Notes: generated by a model from the letters alone, not told the origin. 59,348 nucleotides of DNA from a virus (IMGVR_UViG_3300032242_002944:1-59348); one strand, 5' to 3'. Shown: positions 1 through 8,262, numbered from the stretch's first letter. A program made the numbers and translations.

Positions 1-123
1 CCACACCGCAAGCCGACACGCCTGCGCGACGTCCTCGTCTTCGCGTGCGTGCTTGCGAATCAGCGGAGCGAAGCGCTTCAGCTCCTCTTCAAGGACGGGT
101 TTCATCGGCAGCGGGCCTGGGAA
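1..123. repeat. Terminal direct repeat, left copy (circular-assembly overlap)
   Basis: 1-123 is identical to 59226-59348; it falls inside the sigma-factor gene start, so it is most likely assembly overlap of a circular/permuted genome. Confidence 0.95.
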
Positions 124-249
124 TCGCTCTCACAGACAGAAATCGTCCACTCAGACCGTGGCATCGAACAGCACAGCCAGCGCTTCCTCACGAATAATTG
201 ACTCCAGTCCAACTTGAACACTTCTTGAGTCTCGTACCACAAGTAAATC

Positions 250-432
250 ATGTTCAAAAAGATCCCTCTTGGTAGCTTAATCGACTTGGACCCCGCGAAG
301 GCCGAGGGGCAGATCCGTGAAGCGATCTACTCCCAAGGCACTGTTGACGGGGCGGCGATGGTCCTAGGCTGCACTACCCGGACCCTGTACCGGTGGATGA
401 AGCGTCTCGGCATCACCCTTCGTGAGCGCTAA
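250..432 (+). CDS. Small Fis-type helix-turn-helix DNA-binding protein
   Basis: GTVDGAAMVLGCTTRTLYRWMKRLGI matches the Fis/NtrC HTH_8 pattern (GN...AA..LGI.R.TLYR...KLGI). Confidence 0.75.
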   Translation: MFKKIPLGSLIDLDPAKAEGQIREAIYSQGTVDGAAMVLGCTTRTLYRWMKRLGITLRER

Positions 433-1131
433 GAAAAACAGCAGGCTGCACACCGCGTGCGCCAGCGGGCTCTCGCCGCTCTCGGGGTCGACCCGGCGGC
501 CGAGCACGTACTCCACCATGTGACGGAACGCCGCTTGGAAATACCTCCAGGCCGGCGTGACGTGCCGCCAGTTGTCGCGCGAGTACTTCTTGGCGCCGAA
601 GTCCAGCACACGAACGACCGGATCCAGCCCGTCGAACGGGACGAGCGTCCAGTCCAGCTTGCCGTTGTCGAACTTCATACCGACACTCGGAGGTAGGAGT
701 ACGTTAGGTACTGAGACCCCACCTGGCTGCACTGAATGGCTTCCACCGAATTCAATGTTACACAGGACCGATACCCCTCCCTCAATCGACTCGGCTGCCC
801 GCGCGTTCGGGTGAGAGTCAGCGATGTTCCGGACTTCACCGACAAACACGACAAACTTTCCGCGAGCAAGTGCATAACCCGCCTCCACCAGCGCGCACCT
901 CGGCCCGCCGTCCGTCAGCACCAACACTGCGTCCGCCTCGTCGAGGTCCCGGAGGTTGTCCCCCAGGATCTTTTGCCGAGCTTCGCGATCTGTAGGCTCT
1001 TGCGTGTCTGCTTCCGTCTCATCGTGCCACCTGGACGTAATTTCGAACCCCTCCATCCAGAGCTTGTTGACGGCGATGCGGGCAGAGTGAACGTTCTTGA
1101 GGGCGGCTGAAATAAAAACCTTACAGGGCAC
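364..1131 (-). CDS. Fusion of nucleoside 2-deoxyribosyltransferase-like domain and dATP/dGTP diphosphohydrolase (DUF5664-like) domain
   Basis: N-half KVFISA...DLDEADAVLVL...ALVEAGYALARGK (NDT-like fold); C-half GMKFDNGKLDWTL...GAKKYSRDNWR...AAFRH...DPESGESPLAHAVCSLLF (DUF5664 pattern). Confidence 0.75.
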   Translation of the reverse strand: MPCKVFISAALKNVHSARIAVNKLWMEGFEITSRWHDETEADTQEPTDREARQKILGDNLRDLDEADAVLVLTDGGPRCALVEAGYALARGKFVVFVGEVRNIADSHPNARAAESIEGGVSVLCNIEFGGSHSVQPGGVSVPNVLLPPSVGMKFDNGKLDWTLVPFDGLDPVVRVLDFGAKKYSRDNWRHVTPAWRYFQAAFRHMVEYVLGRRVDPESGESPLAHAVCSLLFFLALTKGDAETLHPPVQGPGSAA

Positions 1132-1318
1132 GGCGGCTTACCTTTCGAATGATTTGTAGATCCTGCGTTGCGATAACCCATCCGCCTACGTCGAGGCGGC
1201 CGTGGTCGTCGCAAGAATATAAAACGTTGTGCCACCGGACCCGCAGCGGCGAAAGCGACGCAACCTCTGCGACTTCGGTCTGGTCCGTGAATTCGTTGAC
1301 GAGTAGGATACGCATCAC
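1121..1318 (-). CDS. Hypothetical protein
   Basis: Overlaps both neighbours in the minus-strand operon. Confidence 0.55.
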   Translation of the reverse strand: MMRILLVNEFTDQTEVAEVASLSPLRVRWHNVLYSCDDHGRLDVGGWVIATQDLQIIRKVSRRAL

Positions 1319-1860
1319 ACGATCCAGAACTTTCCGCCAGGGTTGCCCGCCTGCCAGCGCATCCAGGCGTACGCCGTTGCGTCCGTTTTGCCGTCTCCTG
1401 TGAACGACGGCCTGCGGGACAGAACCAGGACGTCGGGGGTGTGTTTTTGAAAGAATGGCAGACGCTTCCGCCCCTCCAGGAAGTTGAGGCGGAGGAGCAT
1501 GGTCACGTTAGGGGCTAGCCACATCGCTCGCTGGATGAACTCCAGGGCGTGTTTGTAGGGGGGGTTCGCCACAACGTGGGTGTACATTTGTGGTTTACCG
1601 AAACCCATGAAATCTTCTTTGAAAAACGACTTGTAGATCGGCCTGTGTTCCTCCGGAATGTCCTGTATGTCGACGCCGTCCAGGCTGTGGATGTACTTCT
1701 CCCCTCCAGCAGGGCGACACTCCCGTCGGACGACGCCACCGATAGCCCCGGTGCCGCACCCGGCATCCAGAACGTCTCCGTGAAGCATCCCGAAATGGGA
1801 GATCATGGCCTCCGTCGCCCACTGCGGCGTCTCGTAGAAATCGTGTTCGTGGCGCGCCAT
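1315..1860 (-). CDS. DNA amino-methyltransferase (probable N6-adenine)
   Basis: DFYETP, VLDAGCGTGAI (SAM-binding), NPPY catalytic motif, LLRLNFLEG..R, RPSFT...TDATAYAW; start placed at ATG 1860. Confidence 0.85.
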   Translation of the reverse strand: MARHEHDFYETPQWATEAMISHFGMLHGDVLDAGCGTGAIGGVVRRECRPAGGEKYIHSLDGVDIQDIPEEHRPIYKSFFKEDFMGFGKPQMYTHVVANPPYKHALEFIQRAMWLAPNVTMLLRLNFLEGRKRLPFFQKHTPDVLVLSRRPSFTGDGKTDATAYAWMRWQAGNPGGKFWIV

Positions 1861-1961
1861 CACGACCCCGCGATCGCGTAAATCACGGCCGCGGCCGTGT
1901 AGGCCGAAGCTGCCGTGAAGACGACGACAAGTGCAACGTGAAACCATCGATCTTCTTGCAT
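1860..1961 (-). CDS. Small membrane peptide
   Basis: MQEDRWFHVALVVVFTAASAYTAAAVIYAIAGS; one hydrophobic segment; stop abuts the MTase start. Confidence 0.5.
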   Translation of the reverse strand: MQEDRWFHVALVVVFTAASAYTAAAVIYAIAGS

Positions 1962-2023
1962 TTGAGCACCTTGGGGGCGAGTAGGCGACGCGCGCCTTTG
2001 ACACTCACCATAACCCAGACTGC

Positions 2024-2206
2024 TCAAACGGCAAGCGATAACGTGCTCCGGTAGCGTCGATGCCCTTGCAAGGTCGCCGAACGGAAACTGTAACCGCGCA
2101 CAGTCAACCACGATGCACGGCTGCCGGGGACGTGGGTGAAACACCGGAAAGCAACCGATGAGCGACCAGAGCCGGCCAGCATAGGTGGGACGCTGATGTG
2201 GATCAC
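2024..2206 (-). CDS. Microprotein-array family member (60 aa, MIHISVPP...SLAV)
   Basis: GTG start overlaps the integrase TGA (GTGA); MIHI N-terminus as in array members at 45690-45982. Confidence 0.5.
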   Translation of the reverse strand: MIHISVPPMLAGSGRSSVAFRCFTHVPGSRASWLTVRGYSFRSATLQGHRRYRSTLSLAV

Positions 2207-3198
2207 TGGGACCCCCGTGTGCCGGTTCGGGTCCACTGCGTCTCGATCAGGACCGCCAGGCTGGCGGACGTCTGCTGGCCGTAGACGCGGTCCACCATCG
2301 CGCTGGTGGTGTGGCCCATTAATTTTGCCACAACGTCGTTGCGAACACCGCCTTGCACGAGGATCGACCCGAACGTGCGGCGGAGGTCGTTCCACGTCAC
2401 GGCGGGCACACCGGCTCGCTCGGCGGCGGACGCGAGGTCGCGGCGGGCGTTCGTCCACTCCTGGACGGGCAGGTGCGGGAGCGCTTGCTCCAGGAGCCCT
2501 TGGAACGGGGGCGGCACCGGGATGCGGCGCCAGGCGCCCTCGGTCTTGCTGCCGCGGATCTGGATCGTCCGGTCGGTCGGGTTGTAGTCCTCGGGCCGCG
2601 CACGGAACAGCTCGCCGCGGCGGGCACCGGTGGCGACGACGAACGCGACGGCCGCCGCTCGCTCGGGGTCCAGGTGCGCGCACAGCGCGTGGACCTGGTC
2701 AAGGGTCAGATGCGTCGTCTTGGGCGTGTAGTCCGACGAGACCCACAGCGGTTTCAAAACGTCGACATGTGTCGAAAAGAGCCCACGTTTCGTAGCACGC
2801 AGGATGATCTGGCGGAGCCCGATCCACTCTTTATACAAAGTCGACGTGCTGGCACCTTCGGCCTTGCGCGTCTGAAAATAATCCTCTACCGTGGCCACCG
2901 TGATCTTTGACAACTGAGGCGGCAGGAGCCGGACCAGGTGACCCACTTTGCACTCGTACATATCGAGTGTGCCGTCGGGGACCTTGCGGCTCTCCAGCTC
3001 GCGCAGGAACAGGCCGGCCTCGGTCTTTAGGCTCGCCGCTTCCTTGGCGGCGTAATCCGGATCCGCTCGCTCAAGCTCCCACTTGGCGGCGAGGCGTTCG
3101 GCTACCTTGCGGTTTTTCGTGCGGCAGGATCGCTTTTTCGTGACGCCGTTTTCGGTCCAGCTAGTCCAGTACCTTCCGTTGACCTCATAGATGCGCAT
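2203..3198 (-). CDS. int: Tyrosine recombinase / integrase
   Basis: TGARRGEL (Arg I), KT, WNDLRRTF (HxxR box with H>N), LMGH...MVDRVY (catalytic Tyr); SAM-like N-terminal region. Confidence 0.92.
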   Translation of the reverse strand: MRIYEVNGRYWTSWTENGVTKKRSCRTKNRKVAERLAAKWELERADPDYAAKEAASLKTEAGLFLRELESRKVPDGTLDMYECKVGHLVRLLPPQLSKITVATVEDYFQTRKAEGASTSTLYKEWIGLRQIILRATKRGLFSTHVDVLKPLWVSSDYTPKTTHLTLDQVHALCAHLDPERAAAVAFVVATGARRGELFRARPEDYNPTDRTIQIRGSKTEGAWRRIPVPPPFQGLLEQALPHLPVQEWTNARRDLASAAERAGVPAVTWNDLRRTFGSILVQGGVRNDVVAKLMGHTTSAMVDRVYGQQTSASLAVLIETQWTRTGTRGSQ

Positions 3199-3353
3199 CC
3201 GTCTATATACTTTGTCCGGAGGTCACTCGCAAGGACGCGAAGCGACTTTCCGACACGAAAGCGCGGCATACTGCGCATGATGTTGTACGCGTGCGACCGT
3301 GACACTCGCAGGAGCTGGCACACGGCGCGGACGGATAGGACTTCTAGGTGCAT
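3102..3353 (-). CDS. xis: Excisionase-like winged HTH protein
   Basis: LSVRAVCQLLRVSRSHAYNIM...P.FRVGKSLRV pattern directly upstream of int. Confidence 0.75.
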   Translation of the reverse strand: MHLEVLSVRAVCQLLRVSRSHAYNIMRSMPRFRVGKSLRVLASDLRTKYIDGCASMRSTEGTGLAGPKTASRKSDPAARKTAR

Positions 3354-3511
3354 CGGCTGCCCCCTTCGCTGTACCGTTCTAAAAGCAGACCGGTAGAGGG
3401 GATAGCCCGCGTCGTGAAGATTCCTCGTCGAACATACGAAGCTGGAGAGCCAAACAGCTCGCTATACCCGCGAGCCGCGACGTAGGCTGCCGCCAACCAC
3501 GCGGCGTTCAT
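3344..3511 (-). CDS. Microprotein-array family member (55 aa, MNAAW...GSRCT)
   Basis: ATGA-coupled to upstream ORF; ends S-R-C-T; end overlaps xis start (ATGCACCTAG). Confidence 0.55.
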   Translation of the reverse strand: MNAAWLAAAYVAARGYSELFGSPASYVRRGIFTTRAIPSTGLLLERYSEGGSRCT

Positions 3512-3660
3512 TGGAACCTGCTGACGTCTCGCGACGGGATGCGGGCATTGTGGACATACGAGATGGACGTGTCCCAGACGAATGAAATTCCTGGAAGCGG
3601 GTTGTCGCTCAGAACGCCTCGACAGAGGAGAACGCCCAGGCGGAGGAAAGGGGCGGTCAT
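3508..3660 (-). CDS. Microprotein-array family member (50 aa, MTAPF...VSRFQ)
   Basis: ATGA overlaps at both ends; ends S-R-F-Q. Confidence 0.55.
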   Translation of the reverse strand: MTAPFLRLGVLLCRGVLSDNPLPGISFVWDTSISYVHNARIPSRDVSRFQ

Positions 3661-3800
3661 TGGTGATGACTCCGTAGCGGTGCGAACAGGACGTGACCCT
3701 CGAACGTCGAACGGGACCACTCTCCGACAAACGATATCTGGACGTTGAGGTTTTTGGTTCGGGTTCTGAGGGCGCCCATGCGGAGGTAGTGTGGGCTCAT
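3657..3800 (-). CDS. Microprotein-array family member (47 aa, MSPHY...RSHHQ)
   Basis: Starts just after the terminator; ATGA-coupled to next ORF. Confidence 0.5.
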   Translation of the reverse strand: MSPHYLRMGALRTRTKNLNVQISFVGEWSRSTFEGHVLFAPLRSHHQ

Positions 3801-3804
3801 ACCG

Positions 3805-3835
3805 AAAAAGCCCCCCTGGATTGCTCCAGGGGGGC
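3805..3835 (-). terminator. Rho-independent terminator
   Basis: Minus strand GCCCCCCTGGA-GCAA-TCCAGGGGGGC-TTTTT: 11-bp stem, GNRA loop, U-tract. Confidence 0.85.
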
Positions 3836-3844
3836 CGGTCGGCG

Positions 3845-4171
3845 TCACGCTGTCTTCAGCTTATGCGGCCATGGACTCACATCCGCAATTGCCGCGATCG
3901 CGACCCGGTGAACGCCGGGCAAGTACATCGCCCTTTGGAATTCGCCCGTCTTGAACGTCTTGTCGTACTCACCTGCGTCCGCGATGAAGGTCGCATCCTC
4001 CAGGTGCAAGAACCGGCTCGTAACCTTCTTCACTCGGCCGACCCAGTAGAAGGTCACCGTGCGAATCAGGATGACTTCGCCTTCCTGGAAGTCAGGGCAC
4101 GACGTGCCCCACTTCGCAAGCGCATCTTGAAACTTCGAAAACTCGTTCGCCGTCAATTCGCCAAAATCCAT
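3845..4171 (-). CDS. Conserved phage hypothetical protein (small beta-barrel/Sm-like; distant relative of 57383-57703)
   Basis: VILIRTVTFYWVGRVKKVT..FLHLEDATFIADAG alternating beta pattern. Confidence 0.65.
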   Translation of the reverse strand: MDFGELTANEFSKFQDALAKWGTSCPDFQEGEVILIRTVTFYWVGRVKKVTSRFLHLEDATFIADAGEYDKTFKTGEFQRAMYLPGVHRVAIAAIADVSPWPHKLKTA

Positions 4172-4189
4172 TGTTCGATCCTCTTTCTT

Positions 4190-4648
4190 TCAAACCGGGA
4201 AGTCGTCCTCGTCCGCAGCCTTCGGAGCCGGACGCGCGCCAGGGGCGGCCCGGAACTTCAGATTGAGGTCGTCGAGACCCTTCTTGTCGACCTCGATCTT
4301 GACCTTGCGCGGCCCGCCGACGTTGAGCCGAGCGCGGTGTACAGTCTTCAGCGTTCCGCTGTTGTCCGTGTACGAATCAGGACTGACGCTGATGTCGATA
4401 GCGTTGTCCGTGATGCCGTTCAGAGTGGCCAGATCCGCTCCGTCCCAGCCACATGCGATGAGCTGCTCGCGGGCGATCTCATTAGGCTCACCCGTCTTCC
4501 GCAGCACGAAGACGTCAGAAGTGATCTCGCCCCCTTCTTGGTCCCCGCCCTCAATGCGGAGAAGCAAACGAACGAAAGGTGCATCCTTGGCCGTCTTTCC
4601 CCACTGGAAGCTCACAACGCGAGCCGCATAGTTACCAATCGGAATCAC
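4190..4648 (-). CDS. Single-stranded DNA-binding protein (DUF669-like)
   Basis: IPIGNYAARV start, OB-fold-like strands, acidic C-tail DEDDFPV; follows Sak4-like ATPase. Confidence 0.7.
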   Translation of the reverse strand: MIPIGNYAARVVSFQWGKTAKDAPFVRLLLRIEGGDQEGGEITSDVFVLRKTGEPNEIAREQLIACGWDGADLATLNGITDNAIDISVSPDSYTDNSGTLKTVHRARLNVGGPRKVKIEVDKKGLDDLNLKFRAAPGARPAPKAADEDDFPV

Positions 4649-5532
4649 TTGTCACCTACCTTGTCCTGTACTCGATTGAGTAGTTTCTGGAGCCGCCCAG
4701 GTGCGCGCTCCGCGATAATCGCCTCCACCTTCTCTTGGTCCTCTTTGGGCAGTCGGTCAAGCAGCTTTCGGAGGTCCGCGACGATTTCGTCCGTGGGGCG
4801 TGGGACCGCCCGTTCCCACGCCTTATAGAACGTCGTCCAATCCAGCGCGACGCGAGACTCGATGGGGTAGCGGCAACCGCTGGTAAACGCAGGATTTGGC
4901 CCGAAATCCAGGATGCGGCTGCCCGTCCCACGAGCCTTCTTCTGCTCCTCGTTGACGCTCACTTCGTGCCGCGCGTACGCAATGGCGTCTGCCCATTCCT
5001 GAACAAGCTGGGAAATCTTGACGCTCTTGGACTCCAGGAGCTTCAGGTCGACCTTGGCGTAGTCCGTCCCGTCGGGGTTCACGACGTTGCGGATTGCAGA
5101 GTGCCCAATGCCGATGAAGTGCATCCCGCGGGATGCCTGGAGCGAGTCGACCATGGACAGGATCTCCCGCCACACGAGCGGGACTTTTTCGTAAAGCTTC
5201 CCGTAGGCCACGTCAGCGAGCACCTTGACGCCAGCCGCCTTGCACACCTCCCCGTGGATGATGGGCTCCAGCCAGTCGAGCGAGTCGACGACCAGCGTCT
5301 TGAAGTCGTGCGGGTCGTTCTTCAGCGACCGCAGCACGCCTCGCACGTCATCCAGGGTCTCCGGCTGCCAGAACGGCGCGTCGACGGCGACGAGCCCCGG
5401 CTCCAGGGCGATAAAGCAGCACCCCGGCGCGCCCGACGCGAACGTAGTCTTGCCGACCTTCGTGTCACCGTAGAGGACCATCTTGATGGGCTTCTTGCGG
5501 CCATCACGTTTTTGCAAATCCTTCAGATTCAT
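4645..5532 (-). CDS. Sak4-like / AAA_24 ATPase (ssDNA-annealing recombinase)
   Basis: YGDTKVGKTT Walker A, TLVVDSLDWLE Walker B, YGK, EWADAI; start placed at ATG 5532. Confidence 0.85.
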   Translation of the reverse strand: MNLKDLQKRDGRKKPIKMVLYGDTKVGKTTFASGAPGCCFIALEPGLVAVDAPFWQPETLDDVRGVLRSLKNDPHDFKTLVVDSLDWLEPIIHGEVCKAAGVKVLADVAYGKLYEKVPLVWREILSMVDSLQASRGMHFIGIGHSAIRNVVNPDGTDYAKVDLKLLESKSVKISQLVQEWADAIAYARHEVSVNEEQKKARGTGSRILDFGPNPAFTSGCRYPIESRVALDWTTFYKAWERAVPRPTDEIVADLRKLLDRLPKEDQEKVEAIIAERAPGRLQKLLNRVQDKVGDK

Positions 5533-5539
5533 GATTGCC

Positions 5540-6262
5540 TCATCCGTTCGAACAGGTTGAATGAAAGTCACACATTCTTCCGTACTTGAAGCACGCGGTA
5601 GGGTTCCGCGGGTAGACCTCAAGCTCCATTTGTTTCACGATCCCGTCGAGGTCCGCCACCAGCGCCTCGTAGTCTCGCGCCGTACGGTAGAGCTTCTCGC
5701 GGCGGCACACCGCCCCCTCGCGCACACGCTCGGTCAGGTGCGAGTAGTTGTCGTATTTCTTGATCAGCGGTCGGTGGACCATGTCCAGCAAGACGTAGTC
5801 CACGTTGAACCCCAGCGACTGCGCCGCCAGCGGGTAGAGCGTCGTCTGCCGGTCGAACGCTTTCATCGGAAGAAACTTCGACAGGTCCATTCCAGTGGTC
5901 TTGTGCTCGACCACACAGGTTTCGCTATCGACGCGCCACACGCCGTCGATCTTGCCGGTAATCGTGTGCGTCCCGAAATCGACGGAAAAGGGCATCTCAG
6001 CCCCGAGACGTTCGACCACCGTACCCAAGTGCTGATCAAAATAGGCAAGACACAACCCCCTCGCGACGGCCTCGTCGGCGTTCGCCGCGGGCGTGTCCCA
6101 CGTTGGCGGCGTCACGCCGTCCCATGTCTCCTGCCATGCGTGGAACAGCGTCCCCACGGCGGCCTGGTAGGTCTCGGTTTCTCGTTGTTTTTGCAGCCTG
6201 GTGATTTGGTAGAGTCTTGGGCATGTCTGGTAGGCGTCGATGGAGCTTGCGGAGAGACGCAT
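5540..6262 (-). CDS. PD-(D/E)XK / Cas4-like exonuclease
   Basis: LSASSI...CPR, GTLFH, E..F...GKIDG...VEHKT, Q...Y, C-terminal C..Y...CDF...C. Confidence 0.85.
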   Translation of the reverse strand: MRLSASSIDAYQTCPRLYQITRLQKQRETETYQAAVGTLFHAWQETWDGVTPPTWDTPAANADEAVARGLCLAYFDQHLGTVVERLGAEMPFSVDFGTHTITGKIDGVWRVDSETCVVEHKTTGMDLSKFLPMKAFDRQTTLYPLAAQSLGFNVDYVLLDMVHRPLIKKYDNYSHLTERVREGAVCRREKLYRTARDYEALVADLDGIVKQMELEVYPRNPTACFKYGRMCDFHSTCSNG

Positions 6263-6281
6263 GGGCAGGTATTCTAGCACC
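6247..6281. promoter_or_regulatory. Back-to-back leaderless promoters with overlapping -10 elements
   Basis: +: TTGCGG-17 nt-TATTCT-6 nt-ATG(6282); -: TGC-TAGAAT-8 nt-ATG(6262). Confidence 0.6.
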
Positions 6282-7580
6282 ATGCTGCGGGACTACCAGT
6301 TGGACATAGTGGAACGTGTGAAACAGAGCTTCGCGTCGGGCCACGTTGCTCCCCTCGTCGTAATCCCCACAGGCGGCGGCAAGACGATTACCGCCATGGA
6401 GATCGTCCGCCGCGTGAAGAAAACCAGCCGCGTCGTGTGGCTCGTCCACCGCGAGGAGCTAGCGCTCCAGGCCATGCGCGCCGCCTCCAAGATGGGCATC
6501 ACCGTGGGCGGTGTCGGCGCCACGCTGCCCGAGGGTGACGTGAACGGCAAGCTTCTCGTCTGCATGGTCCAGACCCTTATGTCGCGCGGGGCGCCGCCCG
6601 CCGCGCTGGCGGTCACGGACGAGGCCCACAACTTTATTGCAAAAGAGTTCAACAAGGTCGCGCTTTCGTACCCCAAACGCCTCGGCCTGACGGCTACGCC
6701 TTGCCGCGGGGACGACGCCGGGCTCGGGAACGCTTTCGATGACCTAATCGTGGGCCCGGACATCGGCGAGCTTATCGCGAACGGGTTCCTGGTCCGCTGC
6801 GACGTGCTGCACCCCAGCCGCACCCTCAAGGCCGGCGAGATCGCCCAGGACCCCGTGGACGCCTACAAGCAACACGCAGGCGGGCGGAAGACCATCGTGT
6901 TTTGCAGCAACTTGAACGCCTGCCGGCAGTCGCTGGCGGACTTCAAACAGGCGGGCATCAAGGCCGGCTTCGTGTACGGCGACATGGACCCCGACGACCG
7001 CCGCGCTGAAATTGACGCGTTCTCGCGAGGCCAAATTCAAGTACTTCTCAACGTCGGAATTCTCCACGAAGGCTTCGACGTCCCGGACACGGAGTGCGCC
7101 ATCATCGCCCGCCCCATCGGCACGCAGGGACTCTGGCTCCAGATCATAGGCCGGATTCTAAGGGCCGCCGCGGGCAAGAAGACCGCCCTCTTGATCGACC
7201 TATGGGGGAGCATCCACCTCCACGGCCCGCCGGAGGCGAAACGCGAGTACCGGCTCCACGGCCTGGGAATTCAGCAAGTGGACGGCCAGGCGCGGCTGTG
7301 CGCCGTCTGCGGCACCCCGCTCGGCAGCGCCCGCGTGTGCCTAGCGTGCGGGTTCAGCCCTGACGACCCCGTCGCGCCCAAGGTGGTGCGGACCAGCCTG
7401 GTGAAGTACGCGGCCAAGCGGCGGGAGTCGAACGAGGACCGCGCCGCCACGCTGCGGCGGTGGCTCCAGGAGGCAAAGGCGCTCAAGCAGAAGCCGGGTC
7501 GGGCCTTTTTCAAGTACAAGGCGGTCTACGGCGAGCCGCCCAGCCCGGAAGTCATGTTCCATTTGAGAAGTCCCAAATGA
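6282..7580 (+). CDS. SF2 DEAH-box helicase with C-terminal zinc ribbon
   Basis: LRDYQ, PTGGGKT, DEAH, GLTATP, EGFDVP, QIIGRILR, CxxC..CxxC. Confidence 0.92.
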   Translation: MLRDYQLDIVERVKQSFASGHVAPLVVIPTGGGKTITAMEIVRRVKKTSRVVWLVHREELALQAMRAASKMGITVGGVGATLPEGDVNGKLLVCMVQTLMSRGAPPAALAVTDEAHNFIAKEFNKVALSYPKRLGLTATPCRGDDAGLGNAFDDLIVGPDIGELIANGFLVRCDVLHPSRTLKAGEIAQDPVDAYKQHAGGRKTIVFCSNLNACRQSLADFKQAGIKAGFVYGDMDPDDRRAEIDAFSRGQIQVLLNVGILHEGFDVPDTECAIIARPIGTQGLWLQIIGRILRAAAGKKTALLIDLWGSIHLHGPPEAKREYRLHGLGIQQVDGQARLCAVCGTPLGSARVCLACGFSPDDPVAPKVVRTSLVKYAAKRRESNEDRAATLRRWLQEAKALKQKPGRAFFKYKAVYGEPPSPEVMFHLRSPK

Positions 7581-7601
7581 GCCGTCGTGCTAGACTAATG
7601 G

Positions 7602-7928
7602 GTGTCTGAAACCCAAATCATGCGCGACATCCGCTTTGCCGTGAACTCCACCGGCAAAGCGACTTTGTTCAGGAATAACGTAGGCTTCGACGAGTCGAAG
7701 AAAATCAAGTACGGGCTCGGCAAGGGCTCGGCCGACCTCGTCGGGTTCATTCACGCGACGGGGCAGTTTCTCGCCATCGAGGTCAAGACCCCCGTCGGCC
7801 GCCTCTCCAAGGAGCAGAAAGCGTTCATTTCTTTTGTGAACGCACGCGGGGGGCGGGCTTTCGTCGCGCGATCCGTGACCGCGGCGCTTTCAGCCCTTGG
7901 AATGAGTGAAGAAGCTTCTCCAGCGTAG
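7602..7928 (+). CDS. VRR-NUC domain nuclease
   Basis: SETQI...RNNVG...GSADLVG...AIEVKT..GRLS.EQ..F. Confidence 0.88.
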   Translation: MSETQIMRDIRFAVNSTGKATLFRNNVGFDESKKIKYGLGKGSADLVGFIHATGQFLAIEVKTPVGRLSKEQKAFISFVNARGGRAFVARSVTAALSALGMSEEASPA

Positions 7929-8061
7929 CCATTTCGTACTCTGCCGTCGTGTCCTTCAGCGTGCCGTCACGGTAGAGCTTCATGCACTCTTCGTACGAGC
8001 AGCCGAGGACGAGCAGACACGCGAGGGAAAAGTGCTGGCCGGAGGACTTGAGTTTGGACAT
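7825..8061 (-). CDS. Hypothetical protein
   Basis: Preceded by TTGCCG-16-TATGCT-7-ATG leaderless promoter; 3' end overlaps VRR-NUC convergently. Confidence 0.5.
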   Translation of the reverse strand: MSKLKSSGQHFSLACLLVLGCSYEECMKLYRDGTLKDTTAEYEMATLEKLLHSFQGLKAPRSRIARRKPAPRVRSQKK

Positions 8062-8101
8062 AGGTCAAAGCATAACACGCTAAGTATCTTCGGCAACCCC
8101 A

Positions 8102-8259
8102 CTTGACCAGCCGGCTCCCTAGACTTACGCGCGCGCCCAGGAAAGACTTTCCCTCTAATACCATTCTTATAATCTATATAGATAGAGTATAGGAATAGGA
8201 AGGGAAAGGGAAGTTTTCGCGCACGCACGCGCGTAACAACGGGATTAGGCAGTGTCAAG
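8102..8259. other. Imperfect palindromic AT-cored element 1, putative replication origin
   Basis: CTTGAC..TTACGCGCG..pyrimidine tract-ATCTATATAGAT-purine tract..CGCGCGTAA..GTCAAG, directly upstream of primase-helicase. Confidence 0.55.
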
Positions 8260-8262
8260 ACG

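Noticed and set aside
1962-2023. attP site or tRNA fragment downstream of int
   Set aside because: Short gap with no recognisable tRNA 3' end or arm-type repeats; cannot be supported without a host genome
3354-3845. Structured ncRNA upstream of xis
   Set aside because: The space is fully explained by a terminator and three coupled small ORFs
5540-6262. Cas4 as part of a CRISPR system
   Set aside because: No array or other cas genes; its context (Sak4, SSB) is a standard phage recombination module
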